Below are positions 63,802 to 64,000 of a stretch of 64,000 bases of DNA, in pieces. The stretch comes from Stegostoma tigrinum (lineage: Eukaryota). The first letter of the stretch is position 1, and every line of letters starts with the position of its first letter. Below the pieces are notes generated by a model, which saw nothing but the letters and a program-made list of their open reading frames with translations, ran no database searches and had not been told where the DNA came from. The translations under genes were made by a program, and so were the position numbers. The stretch lies in NCBI RefSeq assembly GCF_030684315.1, contig NC_081404.1, positions 13,707,140 to 13,771,139 on the forward strand. Direction: 5' to 3'.

Positions 63802-64000
63802 GTAGGCAAAGGTGTGAAAGCGAACAGGGGGTGGGAAACGGTTGTAAATATCTGTACGTCTCTTTTACTCTCTCTGTCTTACCTCTCTGTCCGACATTAT
63901 TATCGGGAAGGCAATAAGGGGATAGGATCAGCTCAGCTGGGTTCTTTTCTGAACGCGTGGGGGGTCTGACTGCTGTCCTTTCCGATTGGAATCAGTGGCT

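Larger units (their letters stand above)
1..64000 (+). repeat. Tandem gene array / macrosatellite, ~16.1 kb unit (one keratin gene plus TE-rich spacer), about 4 units, open at both window edges
   Basis: The same ORFs recur at fixed offsets (5498/21647/37791; 227/16371/32518/48660/63670). Keratin ATGs lie at 14578, 30728, 46867 and 61877. The fourth unit is shorter (15010 bp) because of TE presence/absence differences. Confidence 0.98.

Noticed and set aside
1-64000. Prokaryotic systems (CRISPR, retron, DGR) suggested by RT ORFs next to repeats
   Set aside because: The RTs are CR1-type with an APE endonuclease, the genes have spliceosomal introns, and there is no short repeat-spacer array.

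Overview
Eukaryotic, vertebrate DNA; the CR1-clade LINEs plus an HE1/V-SINE-like element suggest a cartilaginous fish (inference). The whole window is a head-to-tail tandem array of a ~16.1 kb unit (start-codon spacings 16150, 16139 and 15010 bp). Each unit carries one compact 9-exon gene for a divergent type II keratin (~516 aa; exons 2-7 of 209/61/96/165/126/221 nt) followed by a spacer rich in CR1 fragments. Five gene copies are visible: A (exons 5-9 only), B, C, D (complete and intact) and E (exons 1-6 only). They are nearly identical, and SNP patterns indicate recombination or gene conversion between copies. The fourth spacer is a distinct variant. It lacks a 5.4 kb composite block found in spacers 1-3, which looks like a CR1-driven 5' transduction, and it carries a full-length but dead 4.2 kb CR1 whose 5'UTR contains a candidate intron and a hairpin. 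All comparisons were made by eye.
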